A stretch of 64,000 nt of DNA. Origin: Eledone cirrhosa (taxonomy: Eukaryota). The stretch's first letter is position 1; each line of letters begins with the position of its first letter. The notes beneath the pieces were generated by a model that saw nothing but the letters and a program-made list of their open reading frames with translations, was not told the DNA's origin and made no database searches. Positions 37,178 through 48,759 of this stretch are shown here, one piece after another. The DNA is taken from contig OZ024741.1 of NCBI GenBank assembly GCA_964016885.1, forward strand, positions 278,194,001 to 278,258,000. Reading direction: 5' to 3'. Position numbers and translations under genes: made by a program.

Positions 37178-38557
37178 TAAAGGAGACGCCCTAGATAGGA
37201 GTAACTATAGAGGCATTAAATTAATCGACCAGGTCATGAAGGTCACGGAAAAAGTAATAGCGCAACTAATCAGAGAGAGAATTGATCTAGATGAAATGCA
37301 GTTCGGGTTTGTGTCAGGCAAAAGTACCACAGACGCTCTTTTCATTGTACGACAACTACAGGAGAAGTACCTAGCTAAAAGTAAACCCCTATACTTAGCC
37401 TTTGTCGACTTGGAGAAAGCCTTCGACAGAGTCCCCTGTTCCATTATCTGGTGGGCTCTTAGAAAACTAGGTGTTGACGAATGGCTTGTGAGAGCTATAC
37501 AAGCCATGTATAAAGAAACAGTGAGCAAGGTTAGAATTAACAACGAATATAGTGAAGAGTTTAGCGTAAAAGTTGGTGTCCATCAGGGCTCTGTTCTTAG
37601 CCCCCTACTATTTATTATTGCCCTTCAGGCTATAACAGAGGAGTTCAAGACCGGCTGCCCATGGGAACTCCTATACGCAGATGATCTAACGCTCATAGCT
37701 GAATCAATGGCCGAGCTAGAGAAGAAATTCCAAACATGGAAGCACGGCCTAGAATCAAAAGGCCTTAAAATTAACCTGGCTAAGACTAAAGTTCTAGTTT
37801 GTAGGAAAGAAAATAAGGCGCCGGTCCCTTCCGGGAAATGGCCATGCTCAGTGTGTAGGAAAGGCATAGGTAGAAATTCCATTTTATGTCCCAAATGCAA
37901 AGTATGGGTGCATAAAAGATGTAGTGGGATCACAGGTAAGCTAACTAAGAACACAGATTTTACATGTGGCCGGTGCTCTGGTGCAATAAGTAGCAGCAAG
38001 TGCCCACAAATACAGCTTCCGTTACCTGGGTGACAAAATCAGCAGTAGCTAGAGTCAGAACTGGATGGAAAAAGTTCAGAGAGCTTATACCACTATTAGC
38101 CGCTAAAGGGTTCTCCCTAAAAATGAAAGGCAGGTTGTATGATGCCTGCATACGAACAGCAATGTTGCATGGCAGTGAGACCTGGGCATTGTGTGCAGAG
38201 GATATACGCAGACTAGAGAGGAACGAAGCTTGCATGCTCCGCTGGATGTGTAATAGTAATATACGTGAACGGCAAAGCATAATCGAACTAAGGAAAAAAT
38301 TAGAAATAAGAGGGATCAGATGTTTACTCGAGAGAAGGCTACGTTGGTATGGTCACGTGATGCGCATGAAAGACGACAGCTGTATAACAAAGTGCAGGGC
38401 AATAAAGATAGATGGTAGCCACAGAGTAGGCAGACCCAGAAAAACCTAGGACGAGCTGATAAATTCCGACCTCACACACTTACACCTCTCCAAGACAATG
38501 TCACTGGACCGAGACCTTTGGCGGTACTCAGTAATAGAGAAGACCCGCCTTACCTAA
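37178..38557 (+). mobile_element. RTE family A, 5'-truncated, lacking the 3'UTR
   Basis: ORFs 37101-38033 and 38000-38449 carry RT and C-terminal motifs. Confidence 0.92.
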
Positions 38558-38559
38558 AT

Positions 38560-40282
38560 CATCATGATCATCATCATCATCGTTTAACGTCCATGTTCCA
38601 CGCTTGCATGGATTTGGATGGGAGTTTTGCTACTTGAGGCAAGAGTGGTTGTCTTGCCAGTGTGGGGCTGGGAGGTTTTTACTGTGTTGCCTACATGGCC
38701 ACATTACAGCGTGGACTGTCTGGCGGGTTTTCTACAGCTGGATGCCCTTCCTAACACCAACCACATTTACAGTGTGGGGTTGGGAGGTTTTTACCGTGTT
38801 GCCTACACGGCCACATTTATAGCGTGGACTGTGTGTTTTTTTTTTGTCGTGACACCTACACGATCTCATTTGTTTCGGCCTGGATTTTGTGGCAGCAACA
38901 TAACTTTACATTGAAAGGGGCGGTGTGGATGGGGTGGGGGTGGCGGGACGGGGGTGTATTTTGTTAGAGATGCCTACTGACTGTAGTAGGTTTTACTTTG
39001 TATTTAGGTAAGGCGGGTCTTCTCTATTACTGAGTACCGCCAAAGGTCTCGGTCCAGTGACATTGTCTTGGAGAGGTGTAAGTGTGTGAGGTCGGAATTT
39101 ATCAGTTCGTCCCAGGTTTTTCTGGGTCTGCCTACTCCGTGGTTACCGTCTATCTTTATTGCCCTGCACTTTGCTATACAGCTGTCGTCTTTCATGTGCA
39201 TCACGTGACCATACCAACGTAGCCTTCTCTCGAGTAAACAACATCTGATCCCTCTTATTTCTAATTTTTTCCTTAGTTCGTTTATGCTTTGCCGTTCGCG
39301 TATATTACTATTACACATCCATCGGAGCATGCAAGCTTCGTTCCTCTCTAGTCTGCGTATATCCTCTGCACACAATGCCCAGGTCTCACTGCCATGCAAC
39401 ATTGCTGTTCGTATGCAGGCATCATACAACCTGCCTTTCATTTTTAGGGAGAACCCTTTAGTGGCTAATAGTGGTATAAGCTCTCTGAACTTTTTCCATC
39501 CAGTTCTGACTCTAGCTACTGTACTTTCAGAGCACCCTCCCCCACTGCTGATTATGTCACCCAGGTAACGGAAGCTGTCCACTATTTCTATAGAACCCTC
39601 TGCGCAATTGAAAGAGCTAGTATTTTTGTGGGCACTTGCTGCTACTTATTGCACCAGAGCACCGCCCACATGTAAAATCTGTGTTCTTAGTTAGCTTACC
39701 TGTGATCCCACTACATCTATTATGCACCCATACTTTGCATTTGGGACATAAAATGGAGTTTCTACCTACGCCTTTCCTACACACTAAGCATGGCCATTTC
39801 CTGGAAGGGACCGGCGCCTTATTTTCTTTCCTACAAACTAGAACTTTAGTCTTAGCCAGGTTAATTTTAAGGCCTTTTGATTCTAGGCCGTGCTTCCATG
39901 TTTGGAATTTCTTCTCTAACTCGGCCATTGATTCAGCTATGAGCGTTAGATCATCTGCGTATAGGAGTTCCCATGGGCAGCCGGTCTTGAACTCCTCTGT
40001 TATAGCCTGAAGGGCAATAATAAATAGTAGGGGGCTAAGAACAGAGCCCTGATGGACACCAACTTTTACGCTAAACTCTTCACTATATTCGTTGTTAATT
40101 CTAACCTTGCTCACTGTTTCTTTATACATGGCTTGTATAGCTCTCACAAGCCATTCGTCAACACCTAGTTTTCTAAGAGCCCACCAGATAATGGAACGGG
40201 GGACTCTGTCGAAGGCTTTCTCCAAGTCGACAAAGGCTAAGTATAGGGGTTTACTTTTAGCTAGGTACTTCTCCTGTAGTTG
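38560..40282 (-). mobile_element. RTE family A, 5'-truncated, convergent with the previous copy
   Basis: ORFs 39617-40225 and 39004-39582; (CAT)n tail. Confidence 0.92.
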
Positions 40283-40659
40283 GCGATTTCAGCAGGCCGA
40301 GAGAGAGAGAGAGAGATGCCAATCCCTAAATTTAACCTGGCATAATTTTTTTTTCGGCCAAAATGGTTGCGGGAATATTATTTAGAATTATAGAAAGACA
40401 AACAATTATAAACATGATTTTTTGATTCTGGGGGATTGTAAGATATATAGATGCGAGGAGCAGAATTATTTTTAGAACAATGGTGAGACAGAACAGAATT
40501 ATAGAAAGCCAATTTTGAATACGATTTTTTGATTCTGGGGGATTGTAAGATATATAGATGAATGAACCGAATGTGGAGAGTTGAGAAGAAAATGAAATAT
40601 GTACGTTACATTTCGTAGAAGAAAACTGAACAAGCGACCATCAATAATAGGAGACAAAA

Positions 40660-41143
40660 TAAAACCTACTACAGTCAGTAGGCATCTCTAACAAAATACA
40701 CCCCCGTCCCACCACCCTCACCCCATCCACACCGCCCCTTTCAATGTAAAGTTATGTTGGTGCCACAACATCCAGGTCGAAAAAATGAGATCGTGTAGGT
40801 GTCACGACAAAAAACACACAGTCCACGCTGTAATGTAGGCAACACGGTAGAAACCTCCCAGTCCCACACTGTAAATGTGGTTGGTGTTAGGAAGGGCATC
40901 CAGCTGTAGAAAACCCGCCAGACAGTCCACGCTGTAATGTGGCCATGTAGGCAACACGGTAAAAACCTCCCAGCCCCACACTGTAAATGTGGTTGGTGTT
41001 AGGAAGGGCATCCAGCTGTAGAAAACCCGCCAGACAGTCCTATGCGAGCAAGACAACCACTCTTGCCTCAAGTGGGAAAACTCCCGTCCAAACCCATGCA
41101 AGCGTGGAAGATGGACGTTAAACGATGATGATGATGATGATGA
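40660..41143 (+). mobile_element. RTE family A 3'UTR fragment with duplicated UTR modules
   Basis: GGTGTTAGGAAGGGCATCC module present twice; (GAT)n tail. Confidence 0.85.
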
Positions 41144-41167
41144 TATATATGTTTATTTGTATGTATG

Positions 41168-41225
<58 letters not shown>

Positions 41226-41609
41226 TGTGTGTGTATATATATATGTATATATGTGTATATGTATGTATATGTGTATGTATATGTGTATATGTGTGTGTGT
41301 ATATGTATATATATATGTATATGTATATATATATGTATATGTATGGTGTATATGTATGTATAAGTGTATATATTTGGATATATATGTATATGTGTGTATG
41401 TGTGTTTGTGTGTTTTTACTTGCGTGTATATATAAATATATGTATATATATATATGTATGTGTATATATGTGTATAGGTGTATATATATATATATATATA
41501 CGTGTATATATATGTATATATGTATATATATGTATATGTGTGTATATATGTGTGTGCGTGTATATATATATATATGTATATATATATGTACATATGTATA
41601 TATATACAT

Positions 41610-41691
<82 letters not shown>

Positions 41692-41819
41692 GTAGATAAA
41701 TCTCCCAAAATATAAGGTAGTGTCCAATCCGTATGAAGAACTCAATGTAATCCAAATATCATGAAAAGAGAAGAAGCATTCAAACATTTTTGATGAAAAT
41801 CATAGGAAAACAGAGTCAA

Positions 41820-43483
41820 GATAAATTAATAAAAACAATGAAATAAAAACAAAGAACAAGTTCCTTATATTAAAAAATTCATCATTTTACGATTGTTTCT
41901 AGGATGTATATGTGTGTTGGTATGTATATCATATAGATCTATGTAAAAATATTACAAATTATCAGAGGAACTATACATACCTTCACATATATATGCTGTC
42001 TTCAGAAATGATGAGATTTGTTTATTGAAAAAAACCCAACAAAGATTTAATATAAAAGGTCTGTTTGGGAACAGGTTTTGAATTGACCAATAGAAAAGTA
42101 GTTAGAGGTCAAGTTGATAGAATAGTGGTAGTAGAAATTTAATTTAGGGGTAGAGGAGTGCAGACTTATGTTTTGAATGAAAAGAATACTTTGGGGAGGA
42201 AAAGAGGTCAAGCCAGTGGAGGTACACGAAAAGTTGATGTTATTAAAGAATAATGTTAAAAACGAAGAAAAATAAAATTTTAGGGTAGGGGTATTAGTGA
42301 GAAATACCAATCTTATTTAAACCACAAGGAATCTAGATCTATAACAAGAAATTAAATTAATTGATAGGTATACTTATAGGGATAAATTTATATTAATTCA
42401 TATGAATGTGATAAATAAGAATTAGATGTTATTAAAGAGTGTCGTTAAAAACGAAGGAAAGTAAAATTTTGGGATAAGGGTAGTAGTGAGAAATACCAAT
42501 CTTATATAAACTACAAGGAATCTAGATTTATAACAGGAAATTAAATTAATTTATAGGTATACTTTTAGGTATTAATTTTAGGAAAAGAGAGCTGTAAGAG
42601 GGAAATAAAATTATGAAGTTCTCTGTAGTAAAGTACTAATTATAGGTTAACTAAATTAAAAAAACTAATTATAATAATATGTAAAATATAAGTGTAAGGT
42701 GTATATTAATTAGGTTTATAATATTTGAAGGTTCTTCTAATTCTATGATTGCAAGATATAATTAATTCCTATCGCTTATTTAGTAGGATATCCTTAGATT
42801 TCATGATTTCAAAAAGTAACTGTAGAATCAAACGAAATTGCCCATTAAAGGGAAATTGTCTTATTAATAACATAGTCTATGAATGTAAAATTAGCACTAA
42901 GGACTCCACTTATTCATATATAGGAGCTATGTCTAACCAATTTAAAGTAAGATTTAATACCCACAAACATAGTTTTAAAAATGCCGCATTAGCTAATACA
43001 ACATCCTTGGCTGAAACAATTAATAATTATAGAAAGAAGAATATTGATTACAACCTGACCTGGAGTGTGCTCAAAAGGGCCACCCCTTATCAAAATAACA
43101 GATACGAGTGTAGGTTATGCTCCCAGGAACTTTTTGAAATCATGAAATCTAAAGATATCCTATTAAATAAGCGACAGGAATTTCTACTACCACTATTCTA
43201 TCAACTTGACCTCTAACTACTTTTCTATTGGTCAATTCAAAACCTGTTCCCAAACAGACCTTTTATATTAAATCTTTGTTGGTTTTTTTCAATAAACAAA
43301 TCTCATCATTTCTGAAGACAGCATATATATGTGAAGGTATGTATAGTTCCTCTGATAATTTGTAATATTTTTACATAGATCTATATGATATACATACCAA
43401 CACACATATACATCCTAGAAACAATCATAAAATGATGAATTTTTTAATATAAGGAACTTGTTCTTTGTTTTTATTAATTTATC
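41820..43483 (+). mobile_element. Penelope-like element remnant: GIY-YIG ORF between ~300-bp inverted pLTR arms
   Basis: ORF 42749-43216: CPLKGNCLINNIVY..YIG..FKVRFNTHKHSF..CRLC; arms 41820-42140 and 43179-43483 are reverse complements. Confidence 0.85.
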
Positions 43484-46400
43484 ATCATCATCATCATCAT
43501 TTTACGTCCGCTTTTCCCTGCTTGCAAGGGTGGGACGGGTCTTATTCAGCACAGCATCTCTCCACTCGTCACGGTCCCTCGTCATCTCCACCGTGAGCTT
43601 CAATGATCTGAGGTCTGTTCTCACCACCTCCGCCCATGTTTTTCGTGGTCTACCTCTACCACGTCTTCCTTCAACTGGCATTTCCTGGCACTTCTTCACC
43701 CATCGGTCATCCTCCATGCGCATCACATGTCCATACCACCTCAGTCTCCTCTCCCGTACACTACATTCTATCCCTCTCAGACACAGTTTCTCTCTCAACA
43801 CATTTATGCTGGGTCGTTCACGCACATTTACACTGCACATCCAACGGAGCATGCTTGCCTCATTTCTCTCCAGCCGTCGCATATCTTCTGCGGTAGCTGC
43901 CCATGTCTCACTACCATGCAGCATCGCGCTCCTCACACAGGCATCATACAACCGGCCTTTCGTACGCAGGGAGAAACCCTTCTTCGTCAACAGAGGAAGC
44001 AGCTCCCTAAACTTCTTCCAACCCGTCCTTATTCTAGATACTATGGCCTCGGAACACCCTCCTCCCATGCTAATCTGATCTCCTAGGTACCGGAAGCTAT
44101 CCACCACTTCTATAGCGCCCTCTCGCATTTGAAAAATGTGTCTATCAGTGCGACTTCTACTGTCTAATTTCCCTGTACATCTACTGCATACATATTTCTC
44201 CCTACCTGTTAGTTTGCCTGCTATCCCGCTACATCTCTTGTGTACCCAGGACCTACATTGTGTGCATTTTATAGAATTTATGCCAGTTCCTTTTCTGCAT
44301 ATCGAACATGGCCATTTCCCTGACGGAATCAGGGTTTTGTCCTCTTTTCTACTCATCAACACTTTTGTCTTAGCTAGATTTACTCTCAGTCCTCTTGCTT
44401 CCAACTGCTGTTTCCATAGCCGGAATTTATTCTCTAGCTCCTCTACTGATTCTGCCATAAGAGCCAGATCGTCAGCATAGAGAAGTTCCCATGGACAGCC
44501 AGTCTTAAACTCCTCTGTTATGGCTTGGAGGACTATAATGAACAAGAGCGGGCTGAGGACCGAACCCTGATGTACTCCTACTTGTATCTGGAATTCCTCA
44601 CTAAACTCCATTCCTACCCTGACTTTACTGAGAGTACCTCTGTACAAAGTTTGCACTGTCCTTACAAGCCATTCCTCAACACCCAGCTTCCTTAGGGACC
44701 ACCAGATGACAGATCGGGGTACCTTATCAAAGGCCTTCTCTAGGTCAACAAAGGCTAAGTATAGTGGCTTATTCTTCTCTAAGAACCTCTCTTGCATTTG
44801 TCTCACCAAGAAGAGGGCATCTGTTGTACTCTTCCCAGGCACAAAACCAAACTGCATCTCATCTAGTTTGACCCTTTCTCTAATTAGTTGTGCTAGAATC
44901 CTTTCTGCCACTTTCATAACCTGATCTATCAGTTTTATACCCCTATAATTGCTCCTCTCCAAAGCATCCCCTTTACCTTTGTAGCAATTTATGAGAATAC
45001 TGCTGCACCAGTCTTTGGGTATGACACCACCATATATAGCCTGATTGATTATGCGTGCAACCAGTTTAGTGCCTACGTCCCCTGATGCCTTCAGCATCTC
45101 AGCAACTATTCCCGATGGTCCGGCCGCCTTACCATTTTTCATTTCCCTAATCGCCTCTTGGACCCTATATTCGTCAATCTCAATAGCTGGTCCCTCTGTC
45201 GGATCTACCAAGGGTAATTTCTCTCTCTCCCATTCGTTCTCCACATTCATCAGTCTCTCATAATGACATTTCCAGGCCTCCTTTTTCTGGTCATTCGTGA
45301 CACTAAGTACACCGGCATCATCCCAGACACATTTATCACCAACAACATCCTGATTTGCATTGACACACTGCCTTGCAATGTGGAACACCGCACGCCTCTG
45401 ATCTTCCCGTCGCAGAACATTGGCAAACCTCCTACTCTCTGCCTCCCTGCGTGCTAAGTACACCTGACGTCTAGCTTCTCTCTTAGTGGCTGTATATTCT
45501 TCCCTACTCCCACCCTTATTCCAAGCCTTCCATGCTAGTCTTTTGTCTCTAATAGCCTTATCTACACTGCTGTTCCACCACCAGGTCACTCTCTGTCTGG
45601 TTGGAGCTCTGCTCCAGCCACAGGTTTCATCAGTAGCCTTCAGCAAGTTGTCACGTAAGAACTTCCAGTTATTATCTATGTCATACGTCTCTAAATCGTC
45701 TTCTTTTTCGTCATATACATCTTGAAGGGCTTTCCTAAATTTGAATTTTAGTGAAAGGTCTTTTAGCTTCCAGACCTTTCTTCTCCACACCTTCCTATAT
45801 GTCTCATTCCATCTCTTGCTTACTGAGATATCACTAACAACTAACCTATGCTGTGGGGTACATTCTTCCCCAGGGTATGCCTTGGTATTAGACACTATCT
45901 GCCTGTCCCGCTGCCTAACTAGCAGGAAGTCAATCTGGCTTATGTGCTCACCAGATTTGTAGGTTATTAGGTGATTGGCAGGTTTCTGGAAGTTTGTGTT
46001 GCAAATAGTCAATGTACTTGCATCACAAAATTCAAGAAGTCTCACTCCTTCTTCATTTCTTGAACCGTAACCGTGCCCACCATGTACCCCAGTGTAACCA
46101 TCCTGGAGCTGTCCAACATGACCATTGAAGTCTCCTGCTAGCATAACGATGTCTCCGTCCTCTGTCATTGTGGTTGTTTGCAAAAGTTGCTCATAAAAGC
46201 AGTCTTTCTCATCTTTGCCTAGGCCTGCTTGGGGAGCATAGACCGAGATGATTGTCAGTAGTCTCCTACCTACAACTAATCTAAGCTTAATTATTCGATT
46301 ACTAACTCGAACTACCTCTATTGTCTTATTGATCCATTTCTCAGCCAGGAAAATGCCTACTCCCCCTAACCCATCATCCTTACCTACCCAGAATAGCTTA

Positions 46401-46790
46401 TAGCTAAGACGCTTGCCTACGACTAGTCTCGCAGAGGCACCCCTCCATCTCACCTCTTGCATGCAGCACACATCCACCTGCCTTCTCTCCAGCATCTCCG
46501 CTATTTCAGCAGACCTACCTCTGAGAGTGCCAACATTAAGTGTTGCAACTCTGAGATGCGACGTCTTCATATTTTTCTATGCTGTTTTGTTGCTGTGCTG
46601 ATAAGCTTTTTGGCATTGATACACTGGTTGGATGCCCTTCCTAACACCAGCGCCACTTTACAGCATGGAGTGGGTGCTTTTATTTGTGCCACCAGCACTA
46701 GAGAGGATGTCTTACTAGACTCAAGGGCCCTCTCTACCCCTCCATTTTACAGCATGGTCATTAAAAAAAAAAAAAAAAAAAAAAAGGAAA
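43481..46790 (-). mobile_element. Apparently full-length RTE LINE including a ~220-nt 5'UTR
   Basis: 5'UTR has the GGTGTTAGGAAGGGCATCC module and is preceded by an oligo(T) on the element strand. Confidence 0.85.
43502..46570 (-). CDS. Intact RTE-clade ORF (family C), 1022 aa: APE endonuclease, RT, PHD-like finger
   Basis: TLNVGTL, MQEVRW, GDFNGHVG, IDFLL (APE); [20 protein letters not shown] (RT); no stops; (GAT)n tail right after the stop. Confidence 0.96.
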   Translation of the reverse strand: MKTSHLRVATLNVGTLRGRSAEIAEMLERRQVDVCCMQEVRWRGASARLVVGKRLSYKLFWVGKDDGLGGVGIFLAEKWINKTIEVVRVSNRIIKLRLVVGRRLLTIISVYAPQAGLGKDEKDCFYEQLLQTTTMTEDGDIVMLAGDFNGHVGQLQDGYTGVHGGHGYGSRNEEGVRLLEFCDASTLTICNTNFQKPANHLITYKSGEHISQIDFLLVRQRDRQIVSNTKAYPGEECTPQHRLVVSDISVSKRWNETYRKVWRRKVWKLKDLSLKFKFRKALQDVYDEKEDDLETYDIDNNWKFLRDNLLKATDETCGWSRAPTRQRVTWWWNSSVDKAIRDKRLAWKAWNKGGSREEYTATKREARRQVYLARREAESRRFANVLRREDQRRAVFHIARQCVNANQDVVGDKCVWDDAGVLSVTNDQKKEAWKCHYERLMNVENEWEREKLPLVDPTEGPAIEIDEYRVQEAIREMKNGKAAGPSGIVAEMLKASGDVGTKLVARIINQAIYGGVIPKDWCSSILINCYKGKGDALERSNYRGIKLIDQVMKVAERILAQLIRERVKLDEMQFGFVPGKSTTDALFLVRQMQERFLEKNKPLYLAFVDLEKAFDKVPRSVIWWSLRKLGVEEWLVRTVQTLYRGTLSKVRVGMEFSEEFQIQVGVHQGSVLSPLLFIIVLQAITEEFKTGCPWELLYADDLALMAESVEELENKFRLWKQQLEARGLRVNLAKTKVLMSRKEDKTLIPSGKWPCSICRKGTGINSIKCTQCRSWVHKRCSGIAGKLTGREKYVCSRCTGKLDSRSRTDRHIFQMREGAIEVVDSFRYLGDQISMGGGCSEAIVSRIRTGWKKFRELLPLLTKKGFSLRTKGRLYDACVRSAMLHGSETWAATAEDMRRLERNEASMLRWMCSVNVRERPSINVLREKLCLRGIECSVRERRLRWYGHVMRMEDDRWVKKCQEMPVEGRRGRGRPRKTWAEVVRTDLRSLKLTVEMTRDRDEWRDAVLNKTRPTLASREKRT

Positions 46791-47437
46791 CTTATTGACA
46801 CGACTCACACACTAATACTCATGCATACAAACCACAACCACACATACCAACACTCATTCATGCATACAATCACGCACACCACTCACAAACATATATATAT
46901 ATACATATATTACCGACAGTACTGATAGAAAATCAAAATCAAAGTCAAAATCAAAATCAAAATCAAAATCGTCAAAATCACTATCATGTCAACTGTTGAC
47001 CTTTCCCAGTCCAGTTCGGCTTGTATATAATAACAATAACAATAATAATTGTTTGTTTACGCTGGTAATGGCGGTGGTGGATGGTGTCAGTGTGGTGGTG
47101 GTGGATGGTATCAGCGTGGTGGTGGTGGATGGTCAGTGATGGTGGTGGCAGTTGTTGGTGCTGTAGTTGTTATTGTAGTTGTTACTGTTGTTGTTGTCCT
47201 TCATTTCACTGCTGCTGTTGCTGCAGACAATGGTGTTGATGCTGTTATTGCTGTCGCATATATACAAATACATACACACACATTCAACACAGACGATGGT
47301 GTTGTTGCTGTTGTTGTTGTTGTTGGTGTTGCTGCTGTTGTTGTTGTAGTTGTTGCTGTGTTGAAATCTGGTCGCATCCACTGAGATATACATATACACA
47401 CACATACACATATGTATATACACATACATACATCAAA

Positions 47438-47833
<396 letters not shown>

Positions 47834-47859
47834 CACATATACACACATACATATCATTA

Positions 47860-48113
47860 TCATCATCATCGTTTAACGTCCATCTTCCACACTCGCATGG
47901 GTTTGGACGGGAATTTTCCCACTTGAGGCAAGATTGGTTGTCTTGCTCGTATAGGACTGTCTGGCGGGTTTTCTACGGCTGGATGCCCTTCCTAACACCA
48001 ACCATGTTTACAGTGTGGACTGGGAGGTTTTTAGCGTGTTACCTACACGGCCACATTACAGCGTGGACTGTGTGTATTTTTTTCGTGACACCTACATGAC
48101 CTCATTTATTTCG
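47860..48113 (-). mobile_element. RTE family A 3'UTR fragment
   Basis: (CAT)n tail plus UTR modules; (TA)n flanks. Confidence 0.85.
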
Positions 48114-48243
48114 GTATATATATATATATATATATAAATGTTTTTTACTCCCACACACACGCAAAAAACCACTCTTATACCCATATATGTATACACACAC
48201 ACACATACACACACACATACATATATATATATATACAAATATA

Positions 48244-48309
<66 letters not shown>

Positions 48310-48642
48310 CATTCTGCCTTTGTCACTCTAAATATAAATTATAGCTTTAAAGAATCCCTTTTCTTTCAACCAATGACCTCCACCCATCCCACTCCCCACC
48401 CTCTCCTACCACCAGAAAAAATATAAATACTACCATATTTACTTGGACAGTCAGCTACTTGATGATATCTCACAAATGAAACAGTTCTAGTCCTGTAGAA
48501 GCACTTCTATATTAAAACTTTTATGCTCTGCTATGTATTAAGTACCTAACTTACTGTGGTTACCTCCGATTCAACCCGGAATAACTTATATATATGTATA
48601 TATATATATATATATATGTATATGTATATATATATATATGTG

Positions 48643-48673
<31 letters not shown>

Positions 48674-48679
48674 GTATAA

Positions 48680-48713
<34 letters not shown>

Positions 48714-48759
48714 TTATACATATATATATATAAAATACATAGTTTAGAAAGCCACAACA

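Noticed and set aside
41118-41787. Long [12 protein letters not shown] ORFs (also near 32-34 kb, 47-48 kb and 57 kb)
   Set aside because: Stop-free translations of (TA)n, (CA)n and (TG)n microsatellites
43310-43345. Functional hammerhead in the inverted pLTR
   Set aside because: GAAA is replaced by GAAG and stem I is not convincing, so it is counted only as degenerate
43458-45962. Series of + strand ORFs opposite the RTE ORF
   Set aside because: Antisense shadows with no recognisable motifs; their recurrence reflects repeat copies
46930-47400. V/G/T/Q-rich ORFs and a (CAAAAT)n tract
   Set aside because: Low-complexity simple repeats with no splice or homology support
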